Positions 35,559-44,313 of a DNA stretch of 64,000 nucleotides are shown piece after piece (the first letter of the stretch is position 1; each line of letters begins with the position of its first letter). This stretch comes from Nanobdellota archaeon (GTDB lineage Archaea > Nanobdellota > Nanobdellia > Pacearchaeales > GW2011-AR1). The DNA lies in contig JADFRY010000004.1 in assembly GCA_022561055.1 (NCBI GenBank), positions 35,243 to 99,242 of the forward strand, given 5' to 3'. The notes beneath the pieces are model-generated. The model was not told the origin of the DNA, searched no databases, and worked only from the letters and a program-made list of their open reading frames with translations. The position numbers and the translations under genes are program-made.

Positions 35559-35633
35559 GATCGCGTAGCTCAGTCTGGTTAGAGCGCTGTGCTGATAACG
35601 CAGAGGTCCCAGGTTCAAATCCTGGCGCGATCA
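35559..35633 (+). tRNA. tRNA-Ile(GAU)
   Basis: Hand fold is GATCGCG-TA-GCTC-AGTCTGGTTA-GAGC-G-CTGTG-CTGATAA-CGCAG-AGGTC-CCAGG-TTCAAAT-CCTGG-CGCGATC-A. Confidence 0.9.
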
Positions 35634-35670
35634 TTTGTAAATAAGAGAATAAGATATATTTATGGTTGAT

Positions 35671-36141
35671 TTAATCGTCTCCTCCCCCTCCCTGGTCTGC
35701 TGCTGCTGGTTCTCTGACCTTGTCAGTCATCGTTCCTGTCGATGTTAAGTCAAGAGCGCTACCTGCTTTTCTGTATGTTATTGTTATGTCGGCTTTAAAA
35801 TTGTCTCCAGAACCTTGTCCTGTGCATAAGATAGTTATAGTGTCCATCGAGCCAGAAGGAATTGTCACACACAATATTGCTCGTGCCACAACTAACTCCT
35901 GATGGAAGGTTACTGAGTTGAGTGTAGCTTCTATACTAGTATATGTCTCTTCACCACTATTTCTTATCTCTATTTTTACGTTATTCGTGTCTACGCTCCA
36001 GGCATTTGCATGAAAAGGCGGGGATAATATTGTTGCTGCTGGTGAATATTGTCCTGGCGTGAAAACACCGAAGTACGCGAGTACGCCAATTGCAATGATT
36101 GCTGCCAGGATAGCCCAGCCATAAGTCATCAAGAACTCCAT
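35671..36141 (-). CDS. archaeal type IV pilin-like protein, paralog A (no start codon for a leader peptide)
   Basis: MEFLMTYGWAILAAIIAIGVLAYFGVF hydrophobic N-terminus, identical to paralog B. The in-frame upstream ..RKARGQAA has no ATG/GTG/TTG. Confidence 0.65.
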   Translation of the reverse strand: MEFLMTYGWAILAAIIAIGVLAYFGVFTPGQYSPAATILSPPFHANAWSVDTNNVKIEIRNSGEETYTSIEATLNSVTFHQELVVARAILCVTIPSGSMDTITILCTGQGSGDNFKADITITYRKAGSALDLTSTGTMTDKVREPAAADQGGGGDD

Positions 36142-36150
36142 GGCTGCTTG
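36052..36150. repeat. 99-nt block identical to 36821..36919
   Basis: Compared base by base. Covers the leader junction and N-terminal helix of both pilin genes. Confidence 0.9.
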
Positions 36151-36475
36151 TCCCCTTGCTTTTCTCTGCCTTGCTGCAGCGCCAATAAAGCAATTCCTCC
36201 AATAGTAAGCCAGAAACCGATGAAACCACTTGCCGGCCTGCTTGAGTCTTCAGCAATGATAAAACCAGTTATGCCAGAAATTGAACTCAGCAATAAATAA
36301 ATCCAAGTAATATAAAACTGAAGCCTAATATTGAGTATATGCCTTTCCTTATATTAAATGTTTTTTCATTCATTTGTTAATATAATTATACAATCTTTAT
36401 AAATTTGTCCGAAGGATAAATTTTATTTATTATTATTAGAAATAAGTAATGAACAATAAAAATAAAAATATTTAT

Positions 36476-36952
36476 TTAACCACCAGCTACAACTTTCTCA
36501 GTTATAGAGCCTGTCGATGTTAAGTCAAGAGCGCTACCTGATTTTCTGTATGTTATTGTTATATCACCTTTGAAATTGTCTCCTTCTGCTAGAGCAGTAG
36601 GGCCACACGGAGTAATTGCAAAGCTACTTGCATTGCCTGCAGCCATGATGAAATCAACAGGAGTAATTGTAGCACAGTTTTCAACATCAATTGATATTAT
36701 GGTAAAGGCCTCACCACCGTTATTTCTTAACTCTAGATTTACAGCATTAGCGGTTGCTTGTACGTTCCACGCATTAACATAGAAAGGTGCGGTGACTATT
36801 GCAGAGCCTCCTACAAATTTTCCTGGCGTGAAAACACCGAAGTACGCGAGTACGCCAATTGCAATGATTGCTGCCAGGATAGCCCAGCCATAAGTCATCA
36901 AGAACTCCATGGCTGCTTGCCCTTTTTTATCTTGCAGTCTCTTTATGTGCAT
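36476..36952 (-). CDS. archaeal type IV pilin-like protein, paralog B (class III signal peptide)
   Basis: MHIKRLQDKKGQAAMEFLMTYGWAILAAIIAIGVLAYFGVF, that is a basic leader, G/Q site and hydrophobic helix. Confidence 0.8.
   Translation of the reverse strand: MHIKRLQDKKGQAAMEFLMTYGWAILAAIIAIGVLAYFGVFTPGKFVGGSAIVTAPFYVNAWNVQATANAVNLELRNNGGEAFTIISIDVENCATITPVDFIMAAGNASSFAITPCGPTALAEGDNFKGDITITYRKSGSALDLTSTGSITEKVVAGG
36821..36919. repeat. 99-nt block identical to 36052..36150
   Basis: Compared base by base. Confidence 0.9.
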
Positions 36953-37265
36953 CCTTTACCTCTTTTTTATTATTTAAATTTTAAAGTAAAATTTATTAAT
37001 TATTTAAGACAAAAAGGGTTTATAAATATTTCTTATTTAGTTTGTGTGGTGTTTTTAGTAATTTGTAGAATTTATGATTATTTTCAATAGATTGTTAATA
37101 TTTAAATTGTTTATTATAGATGTTATTTAAAGGCGTAAAATTATTAATTAGTCTTAAGGATGAAATTTGGGTAGATGATGGATTTATGCTGGTATTTGAG
37201 TTAATAATATATTATTACTAGAAGGAAGAGCTGCAGGAATATTATTAATATATATTAAGTTTTTA

Positions 37266-38246
37266 TTAAGTGCATTGGTATAACGCTCGATGTGCTGTGT
37301 CTATTAAGAACCAAGAAGGTAAAGGAGGAGAAGAACAGGGTGTTCCTGCGGTTGGAGGTTGTGAGAAATACTCATGGTCTACTATAGATCTTCCTGAGAA
37401 AGATTGTAGCTTTGGCACTGCTAATGATTCTATTCCATTTGGATTTGCCACATTTATATTTCCTTCTAATCTATCGAGAAAGCTTGGAGCATCTGTATTA
37501 TTGGTATAATATGTATTTTCTGCATGGTCTTGGAGCTCACTAGGAATATTAAATGTTTCATAAGGCGTTCTATTTATGACATTAGACTCACCACTTCCTG
37601 CTAAAAAATATGTCGGGTCTTCGAAGCCTTCTATAGAGACATAAGCAACTATAATTTCAGTTTTATTCCATGAAGCGAGGCCGCCTTCATCTTGCATTAT
37701 TAAATTAACTGTCAGAATAAATTTAACATTCCAAGGATCATCTTGAGTTATTTCTACTATTGGATTTGAAAGATTGATTTTAACATTGATTTCTTTTGAT
37801 TTTTCGTTTATTGCTTCTACAATATCAGGAAAAGTAGCACCATTCATTAGTATTGTAATATTTGAACCTGTTTGACCTTCAATAGTCCCATTGAAAAAAG
37901 CTTCTTGAAAGCTAGCATCGATATCATCTATATAACCTTGTTTTTCTAATATTCTTTGTTCAAATAGAAAAATTATTCTAAAACCTGATATGAAAAGTTG
38001 TCTTGGGAGGTCCCTTTCAATTGAAAGAAGAAAATTGTTCATGGTTTCTATTCTTTTTTGTATTACTTTTCTTTCTTTCGCTACAGAATAAAAAGTATAT
38101 GACATGAGAAAAAGAGAGAGGATTATTATGACCAGGACTGTGAAAAATATCCCTTTTTTATTTCTTAGGAAATGTCTTTGTTGATTGGTTAAACGTCTTT
38201 GTTGTTTAATTAATTCCATATTCTTGCTTCTACTTTTGTTGACCAT
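37266..38246 (-). CDS. pilus-locus membrane-anchored protein (possible minor pilin)
   Basis: Basic N-terminus, then KKGIFFTVLVIIILSLFLMSYTF. Overlaps the end of the upstream gene. An alternative ATG lies at 38219. Confidence 0.55.
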   Translation of the reverse strand: MVNKSRSKNMELIKQQRRLTNQQRHFLRNKKGIFFTVLVIIILSLFLMSYTFYSVAKERKVIQKRIETMNNFLLSIERDLPRQLFISGFRIIFLFEQRILEKQGYIDDIDASFQEAFFNGTIEGQTGSNITILMNGATFPDIVEAINEKSKEINVKINLSNPIVEITQDDPWNVKFILTVNLIMQDEGGLASWNKTEIIVAYVSIEGFEDPTYFLAGSGESNVINRTPYETFNIPSELQDHAENTYYTNNTDAPSFLDRLEGNINVANPNGIESLAVPKLQSFSGRSIVDHEYFSQPPTAGTPCSSPPLPSWFLIDTAHRALYQCT

Positions 38247-40699
38247 ACGAAAGGTATTCCTGTGAGTTGAGTTAGTGATATTTGGAAATCTTGTTCTGTG
38301 AATTTTATGTCTACTTTATTATTCCAGGGGCTATCCAAGTCTAGTTCCCGTAATAAATTTCTTACAGCTATCTGAAAGGCGTCATTTCCATTAGCTACTC
38401 GCCCTCCCGAGGGTGTCGATGAGCCATCTGGGAGGGTTATATTATAATAACAATGATCCTCTGAACCACTTGGCACTCCTACTTCTATTTCTGTGTCGTC
38501 CTCGAATTGAATATGCCAAATACAACCATTTGCCGAAGCAGAAATTGGGGAAAATCCAGAAACATTTTTTGCTATAGTGTAAATTATTTTGTTAGACAGA
38601 GAGCCAAAGGTTGAATTTTCTGGTGAAATTCCTGTTGTGATTATGATATTGTTATTTTCTTGGATGAGTGAATTTGGTATGTTTATTGCATGAGGGTCTC
38701 CGAGTTTTATGTATTCTTGTCCGTAATCACTGAGTTTGTATACTTCAATGTTATTTGCTTCGACATAATCTGTCCACCGTGGGCCAGAATAAGAAATTGC
38801 TATTGTTTCCAGTATTGCAGAACCTTCAGGAAGAGAAAAACTTCCGGAATATTCATTGTCAAATTGTTTTTCAGAGGTGATAATCAGACCATGTGGCACA
38901 GGTATTGGTGTGTAATTAAATTGAATGTAAGAATCTGAGTAAAGTTTTGTTGTTATGTTTCCCGTAACATTTATTGTTTGTCTGGAATAGGTCGCTTGAA
39001 TTATGTTTCGTGCGATTTCTCGATAGAGTTGCGCTAATTGGCTAATATCGGCAAAGTAATATGTTCCATTGCCGCATGCTGCTATCGCCTGAAGAGTTAT
39101 TTCATCAACATTACTTCCAAAACCTACTGCGTGAACAGTTATATTATAATTATTATAAGCATTACAAGCTGCTTGTATTGCATCTTCTTCAGCATTATTC
39201 GCGTTTGGTTCATTGCATCTTTCGTTAGCTCCACCGTCAGATGAAACAACCATCGATTGTGATTTTTCAGCAGTAGAGTTTTCTTGCATTCCTGTGATTG
39301 CCTTGTTTATCCCACAGCAAATACAAGTCGGTCCCCCAGTATTGCCATCCCAGCTTGCTATCGAAGCGTTCAATGATTCCTTATCATTTGATAGCTCATG
39401 GTAAAGTTCATCGGGTACTGTTTTTTTGAAAGGAGCAAGGCCTAAACGGTTACTTGATATATTTAATAATATCTCGGCAAAATCTTGATTTGCAAGAACG
39501 ATAAGCTCGATAATCTTGTATGTTCCTCCGCCGGGTTTTGAAACATTCGTGTTTGCGTTTTTACTTCCAGAAATATCTGCGACAGAGAAAACATCTGCTT
39601 CTGTCGCATTAGTTATAAAAGAGACATTTTCCATTCCTAATCTCAGAGGGATTGTTTTTTGACTTAACTCACTGTAAGTAAGCAATGAGGAGAGTTCAGA
39701 GTTTGATAGAGTGATTGTTTGTTCTCCGCTTGTTGCATTTCTAAACACAGTTGTGTTTCCGATTGTTAGAAAAGTTATAAAACTACTATTGAGATGAAGA
39801 GAAATATCCATTGTTTGTAATTGTCCTGGGATATAGAATCCATCATATAGATTGATAATTCCGTCGATTCCTGGGAAAGAGTATTTTGTCGGTTGTGCAA
39901 ATTGGACATTGCTTTGGTAAGTTATTTTTATAAAGCCGCCAGCAATATGGAGATTATCTCCTTTTAATTCTACTAAATTTATACCTGAGCTGAAGTGTGC
40001 TAGATCTGTTTCATTTATTGTGTAAGTTACTGGGGTAAAATCATCGGGTGAGGATTGGTATGTACTTATGAAGTTATTATTAATATAAAGTTCAAAGTCG
40101 TTGTTTATTGTTAGTTCCATTTTTGCGGAAGTTATGTTTCCGTTGTATTCTATTCTTACTGTTATATTCCCGTCCCCGACATAACCGCCGAAGTAAGCGT
40201 ATTTGTTTTGCTGGCTGCTTGTCAAGAAGGCTCGCGCAGCGAATCCGGTTGCGCTTGCATTTCCGGTTCCTCCAATTCCGCTTATGATTTGTCGTGTTAT
40301 TTCAATATTCTGCGCTGTTTCATAAGGTGTTGAGTTTTTTAGATAGATTGGTAAATTTCCATACCAGAGTCCTATGTTTAGGTTTGTTTTTAAATCTGAA
40401 AGGACCGCGTCTGCGAGAGACCTTGCTAAAGTTATATTTGTCACATAAAATTCACCTATTTGCTCTAATACAGATTTGTCTAAGTCAGTTATTTTGCCTT
40501 GAGAAATAAGTGATTGAACAACTGGATTATTTATTTCTCCTATTTTTAAAGAAGAAAGTGTGGCAAGAACATCACTGTGCAATTCTGTTGTATATTGAGA
40601 TTGTCTTACTATTGGAAAAGCAATTAAAATTATGAAGAAGATTATCGTCAATGCAATTAAGGCATCTGTGCTGAAAAATACAGCTCTTTTATTTTTCAT
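38210..40699 (-). CDS. 829-aa pilin-like protein with vWA domain (candidate adhesin)
   Basis: Class III-like N-terminus MKNKRAVFFSTDALIALTIIFFIILIAF. MIDAS-like DISGS...T...SSDGGAN...VHAVGFG. Confidence 0.7.
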   Translation of the reverse strand: MKNKRAVFFSTDALIALTIIFFIILIAFPIVRQSQYTTELHSDVLATLSSLKIGEINNPVVQSLISQGKITDLDKSVLEQIGEFYVTNITLARSLADAVLSDLKTNLNIGLWYGNLPIYLKNSTPYETAQNIEITRQIISGIGGTGNASATGFAARAFLTSSQQNKYAYFGGYVGDGNITVRIEYNGNITSAKMELTINNDFELYINNNFISTYQSSPDDFTPVTYTINETDLAHFSSGINLVELKGDNLHIAGGFIKITYQSNVQFAQPTKYSFPGIDGIINLYDGFYIPGQLQTMDISLHLNSSFITFLTIGNTTVFRNATSGEQTITLSNSELSSLLTYSELSQKTIPLRLGMENVSFITNATEADVFSVADISGSKNANTNVSKPGGGTYKIIELIVLANQDFAEILLNISSNRLGLAPFKKTVPDELYHELSNDKESLNASIASWDGNTGGPTCICCGINKAITGMQENSTAEKSQSMVVSSDGGANERCNEPNANNAEEDAIQAACNAYNNYNITVHAVGFGSNVDEITLQAIAACGNGTYYFADISQLAQLYREIARNIIQATYSRQTINVTGNITTKLYSDSYIQFNYTPIPVPHGLIITSEKQFDNEYSGSFSLPEGSAILETIAISYSGPRWTDYVEANNIEVYKLSDYGQEYIKLGDPHAINIPNSLIQENNNIIITTGISPENSTFGSLSNKIIYTIAKNVSGFSPISASANGCIWHIQFEDDTEIEVGVPSGSEDHCYYNITLPDGSSTPSGGRVANGNDAFQIAVRNLLRELDLDSPWNNKVDIKFTEQDFQISLTQLTGIPFVWSTKVEARIWN

Positions 40700-40765
40700 T
40701 CTGTCAAAGATAATTGTTATTCTTTATATTTAATCTTTTGGAATTTTTGTTTTAGGCTGCTCATT

Positions 40766-41263
40766 TTATTCCCAAATATAAACATATAGTGTAGTTGGTT
40801 TATTTTGATAGCTTACAAAGCGAGTTATTTTGATTAGATTTTTAGTATCGGTTGGCTGTTTGCCGATGCCGTCTATTTCTCCGCCTGATATGTTCATTTG
40901 TGTTGAAAAATTGACATAGTATTCATATTTTGTGTTGAAAAGAGATTTTGTTTTGGCATATCCTCCAGGAGTGAGAGTCTCATTAGTTAATGTATAAAAT
41001 CTTTCAAGTTTTGTTTCATTTATTTTATCATTTGTTAATATTCCTACCCTAACTACATTATTTTGGTCCCAGTTATCGGGATAACCGTCAGAGAGAAGAG
41101 TGCCTGCTATTATATCTCCTTCGTAGAATAAAGAATCTAAGATTTCTCCGCCTTCAGTTGGGTAGTTAAGTGAGTAGAAATAAAATACGACTATGCCCAT
41201 TAGAAATAGTGTCGATGCTATTATTAAATCGAATCCCCATGCCTGGGCTTTTTTTGATCTCAT
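40766..41263 (-). CDS. pilin-like protein (class III signal peptide)
   Basis: MRSKKAQAWGFDLIIASTLFLMGIVVFYF. Confidence 0.65.
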   Translation of the reverse strand: MRSKKAQAWGFDLIIASTLFLMGIVVFYFYSLNYPTEGGEILDSLFYEGDIIAGTLLSDGYPDNWDQNNVVRVGILTNDKINETKLERFYTLTNETLTPGGYAKTKSLFNTKYEYYVNFSTQMNISGGEIDGIGKQPTDTKNLIKITRFVSYQNKPTTLYVYIWE

Positions 41264-41339
41264 TGCCTCTTTTTCTAATTTAACAGGAATAGAAACGGAA
41301 TTATTTAAAGATATTGAGTCGAGTTAAATTATTCGACAT

Positions 41340-42191
41340 TTATAAACGCAGAGGAAGAGTGCATGGTTTTTTATCAATAGACATTCCTGACTTATCAATA
41401 TGGAATCTATAGATTTTCTTTGAGTGCTTTGTTCCTCTCATTTTTAGTATTTCTAAATATCTATGTCTTTCATTCTTGTGTCTGATAAAGTAAAGAAGAG
41501 TTATAGAGTCTGATTCAAATTCTAATGTTCTTGAAACCATTTTTTCATCTCTGAGAGGTTTTCCTTCGAGGGTAAGCATAGAAGTACAGTTCCATTTGCT
41601 TATCATGTTAAACAAAGAAAGCGCGGCTTCTCTTTTTTCAAGTTCATCTTCAAATAGTAATGCAAAAGAGGTTATGCTATCTATGACTATTCTTGAAATT
41701 TTCTTTTTTAGTATAATATTTTCAATTGCTCCACCACCTTCTTCAAGCATTGTTTTTACTTTTGCTGGTGTATATTCCAAAAAAGTAAACATCCCTTTTT
41801 TTTCATATTCGTTGAGGTCCCACCCAAATCTTAGCATGTTTGCATAAAATCGTTCTTTTTTCTCTTCAAATGTTACATAAAGACATTTCTCTCCTTTTTT
41901 CATTCCTCCAACTAAGAATTGAGTGGCAAAGATTGATTTTCCGCTTCCAGAGCCACCTACTAATAAATTTGTTGAGTTTTTAGAAAAGCCGCCTTCTGTA
42001 AGTCTGTCAAAGTTTGGTATATATGTAAGAATTTTTGTTTTTATTTTTTTCGTCCTCGCTTTTACAGCTTTGGAGGTTGTTCTCTTTCTTGTTTTTATTT
42101 TTCTTGTCTTTGCAGTTTTAGAAGCTGTTTTCTTTCTTATTTTTGTCCTCTTTTTTTTAACAACTCTTTTTTTCTTTGCTTTTTTTCTCAT
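41340..42191 (-). CDS. KaiC/RecA-superfamily ATPase (ArlH/FlaH-like) with polybasic N-terminal tail
   Basis: Walker A GGSGSGKS, Walker B RIVIDSIT, KaiC-like LEILKMRGTKH. The first ~55 aa are K/R/T only. Confidence 0.8.
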   Translation of the reverse strand: MRKKAKKKRVVKKKRTKIRKKTASKTAKTRKIKTRKRTTSKAVKARTKKIKTKILTYIPNFDRLTEGGFSKNSTNLLVGGSGSGKSIFATQFLVGGMKKGEKCLYVTFEEKKERFYANMLRFGWDLNEYEKKGMFTFLEYTPAKVKTMLEEGGGAIENIILKKKISRIVIDSITSFALLFEDELEKREAALSLFNMISKWNCTSMLTLEGKPLRDEKMVSRTLEFESDSITLLYFIRHKNERHRYLEILKMRGTKHSKKIYRFHIDKSGMSIDKKPCTLPLRL

Positions 42192-42213
42192 GTTTATTAA
42201 AAAGAGAAAGAGT

Positions 42214-42333
42214 ATAAAAAGATTCCTACGGAATCTTTAATTCTCGCTTGTAAAACAAGCTTCGAATAAAAAGATTTTCTCAATCATATGAGAAGAAACT
42301 TCGAATAAAAAGATTTGCTCCGCGAATCTTTAA
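42214..42333 (+). repeat. cluster of four short hairpins with repeated AAAAGATT motif
   Basis: Stems aaagattcc/ggaatcttt, gcttgt/acaagc, ttctc/gagaa and aaagatt/aatcttt. cttcgaataaaaagatt occurs twice. Confidence 0.7.
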
Positions 42334-42356
42334 TTTTTTCTATGAAAAAGAATCAT

Positions 42357-43391
42357 CTAACCTAAAATTCCTGAGGAAAAGTAGCTCAATAAAATGAATC
42401 TGGATGCGAGAAAGATTGAAACGCTTATTGCTATTAGTGGTAAGATAAACTTAATTCCTGCTTTTTCTTCTCCTTTACTGACTAAGCCTAATATAAGCGA
42501 TCCGAGAATGTCCATCGTGATTAGGAAAACTAATGAAAAGTACGTGACAAAGGTGACAGAAACGCCTACTTTTGTTAAGGTAAAAGGCAAGCCGACATTA
42601 CCGCTTGTTTCAATAGGTGGCAAGTTTGACAGTAGGTTAGTTAGTATTTGAACCAATACTGATGAAAATCCGAATAAGATAGGAGCACCGACCGAAACCG
42701 CGAAGAATATAAATATAACATACATTAAGACATTTGAGGCTGCTCTTTTTTCAACAAAATTTCTTTCTCTCATGCTGACTGCAGTTTCTTCGAGAAGTAT
42801 TGCGAGATTTCCTCCCGACCTAATTCCTGAAATTATGAGATTTATTGTTTTATGTATTTTTTCTGAATTTATTTTTTTTGACATGTTTGATAAAGCGTGG
42901 CTTATTTCTGTTCCGGTAAATATCTCTTTTCCGAGTTTTAGGATCTCTTTATCAAGGGGAGCGAATTCTTTTCTTGAGCTCATTAATAGTGCTCTGTCTA
43001 TTGTTATTCCTGCTCTTAAGTTACTGGACATGAGTTGAAGAAAATCTGGAAAAACAGATTCCATTTTTTTAATCTCGGCATCAACTTTTAATTTTGCTTT
43101 AATGAAAAGAGATAATTGAAGTAGAATAAATATGGAAGCAATAGAAACGAGAGAGGTTATTGCATTTTTTGTATAAAAGAAAATAATTACTCCTAAAATT
43201 AAGGCGAGTATTATGTTTATAACCAGGCGTCTTTTTGTTTTTTTAATTTCTTTTTGTTTTTTGACTTTTATTTTTTTAGTTTCTTCGTGATCTTTCAGTT
43301 CTTCGGAAACATGTTTAGACTTTTCTTTATCTTTCTTTATATTGAAAATTCTTATTAGTTTCTTTATATTGAAAATTCTTTTTAGTTTCAT
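42357..43391 (-). CDS. T2SS-F domain membrane protein (TadC/FlaJ-half-like)
   Basis: Cytoplasmic helical T2SSF-like segment (FPDFLQLMSSNLRAGITIDRAL) flanked by TM helices. Confidence 0.7.
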   Translation of the reverse strand: MKLKRIFNIKKLIRIFNIKKDKEKSKHVSEELKDHEETKKIKVKKQKEIKKTKRRLVINIILALILGVIIFFYTKNAITSLVSIASIFILLQLSLFIKAKLKVDAEIKKMESVFPDFLQLMSSNLRAGITIDRALLMSSRKEFAPLDKEILKLGKEIFTGTEISHALSNMSKKINSEKIHKTINLIISGIRSGGNLAILLEETAVSMRERNFVEKRAASNVLMYVIFIFFAVSVGAPILFGFSSVLVQILTNLLSNLPPIETSGNVGLPFTLTKVGVSVTFVTYFSLVFLITMDILGSLILGLVSKGEEKAGIKFILPLIAISVSIFLASRFILLSYFSSGILG

Positions 43392-43395
43392 TTTA

Positions 43396-44313
43396 TTAAA
43401 GCAGGGTTGGTCTTGCAGATTTTATTACACCTAAAAACATTATTTGAAGGAATACGACAAATATGAATAGTCCAAGATAAAGCATGATAGATGTTGCTTG
43501 CGGAAGATTAACAATAGATGAGATTATTGTTAGGAATGTTATTGCCAAAGCAGGCAATATGACCGACGTCAGCATATAAAACATAATTAGAGGATTTAAT
43601 TTGTTTCCGTAGTTTTGTATTTGAATTAACTGTTCTTCATTCAGTGACTTGATGCTGTCCTTTATTACAATTGCTATGTCGCTTCCTGCTTTCATTCCAT
43701 TGCTTAATTGCCATAATGTTCTTCTGAAGAATATTGAAGGGTTTTTCTCTCCTAGTTCTTCTAGAACTTCTATCTCGGGAAGGCCTGCGTTTATTTTCCT
43801 TACAGCTTTTTTGAATTCATTGGATAACTCTCCATAATCTGCGGAAGAAATGTTTACCAGAATACTAAATAGAGGTATACCTGAATTTAGTTGGACGAGC
43901 ATGTCTTCTAGAGCTGGAATGAGATTTTTTTCTATGTTCTTTTGTTTTCTAGTTGTGTAAATTTTTGGATAGACTAATTGACTGAATAAGACAAAAGAAG
44001 AGAAAACCAGAGCAATTCCTAGAGATAATAAGTAGAATAGTCTGACATTTAAGAAAGCGAGAACAGTTGTTGAAATTACGTATAATATGATAAAAGAAAA
44101 GAGAAAACCCTTGATGCAGATGGAGAGGTATTCTTCGCGGGTAAGACCTGTTTCAGTATTGTTTAGGTAATATTGCAGTTTAGATTTTTTTTTATGTTTT
44201 ATAAAAGATTTAAAAATTCTTTTTTTCTTCCTTAATTTTTCTACACTGGATATTGTAAATGGTATGTGAAATTTCATTTTTCGAGGAACGCCTTTATTAA
44301 CGGTGTTTTTCAC
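43396..44313 (-). CDS. T2SS-F domain membrane protein (TadB/FlaJ-half-like)
   Basis: LIPALEDMLVQLNSGIPLFSIL... and TM helices at both ends. Confidence 0.7.
   Translation of the reverse strand: MKNTVNKGVPRKMKFHIPFTISSVEKLRKKKRIFKSFIKHKKKSKLQYYLNNTETGLTREEYLSICIKGFLFSFIILYVISTTVLAFLNVRLFYLLSLGIALVFSSFVLFSQLVYPKIYTTRKQKNIEKNLIPALEDMLVQLNSGIPLFSILVNISSADYGELSNEFKKAVRKINAGLPEIEVLEELGEKNPSIFFRRTLWQLSNGMKAGSDIAIVIKDSIKSLNEEQLIQIQNYGNKLNPLIMFYMLTSVILPALAITFLTIISSIVNLPQATSIMLYLGLFIFVVFLQIMFLGVIKSARPTLL

Noticed and set aside
35981-37090. Track ORFs 35981..36256(-), 36049..36300(+), 36570..36782(+) and 36758..37090(+) around the pilin genes
   Set aside because: They are alternative or antisense frames of the two pilin genes or of their duplicated 99-nt block, with no independent support.
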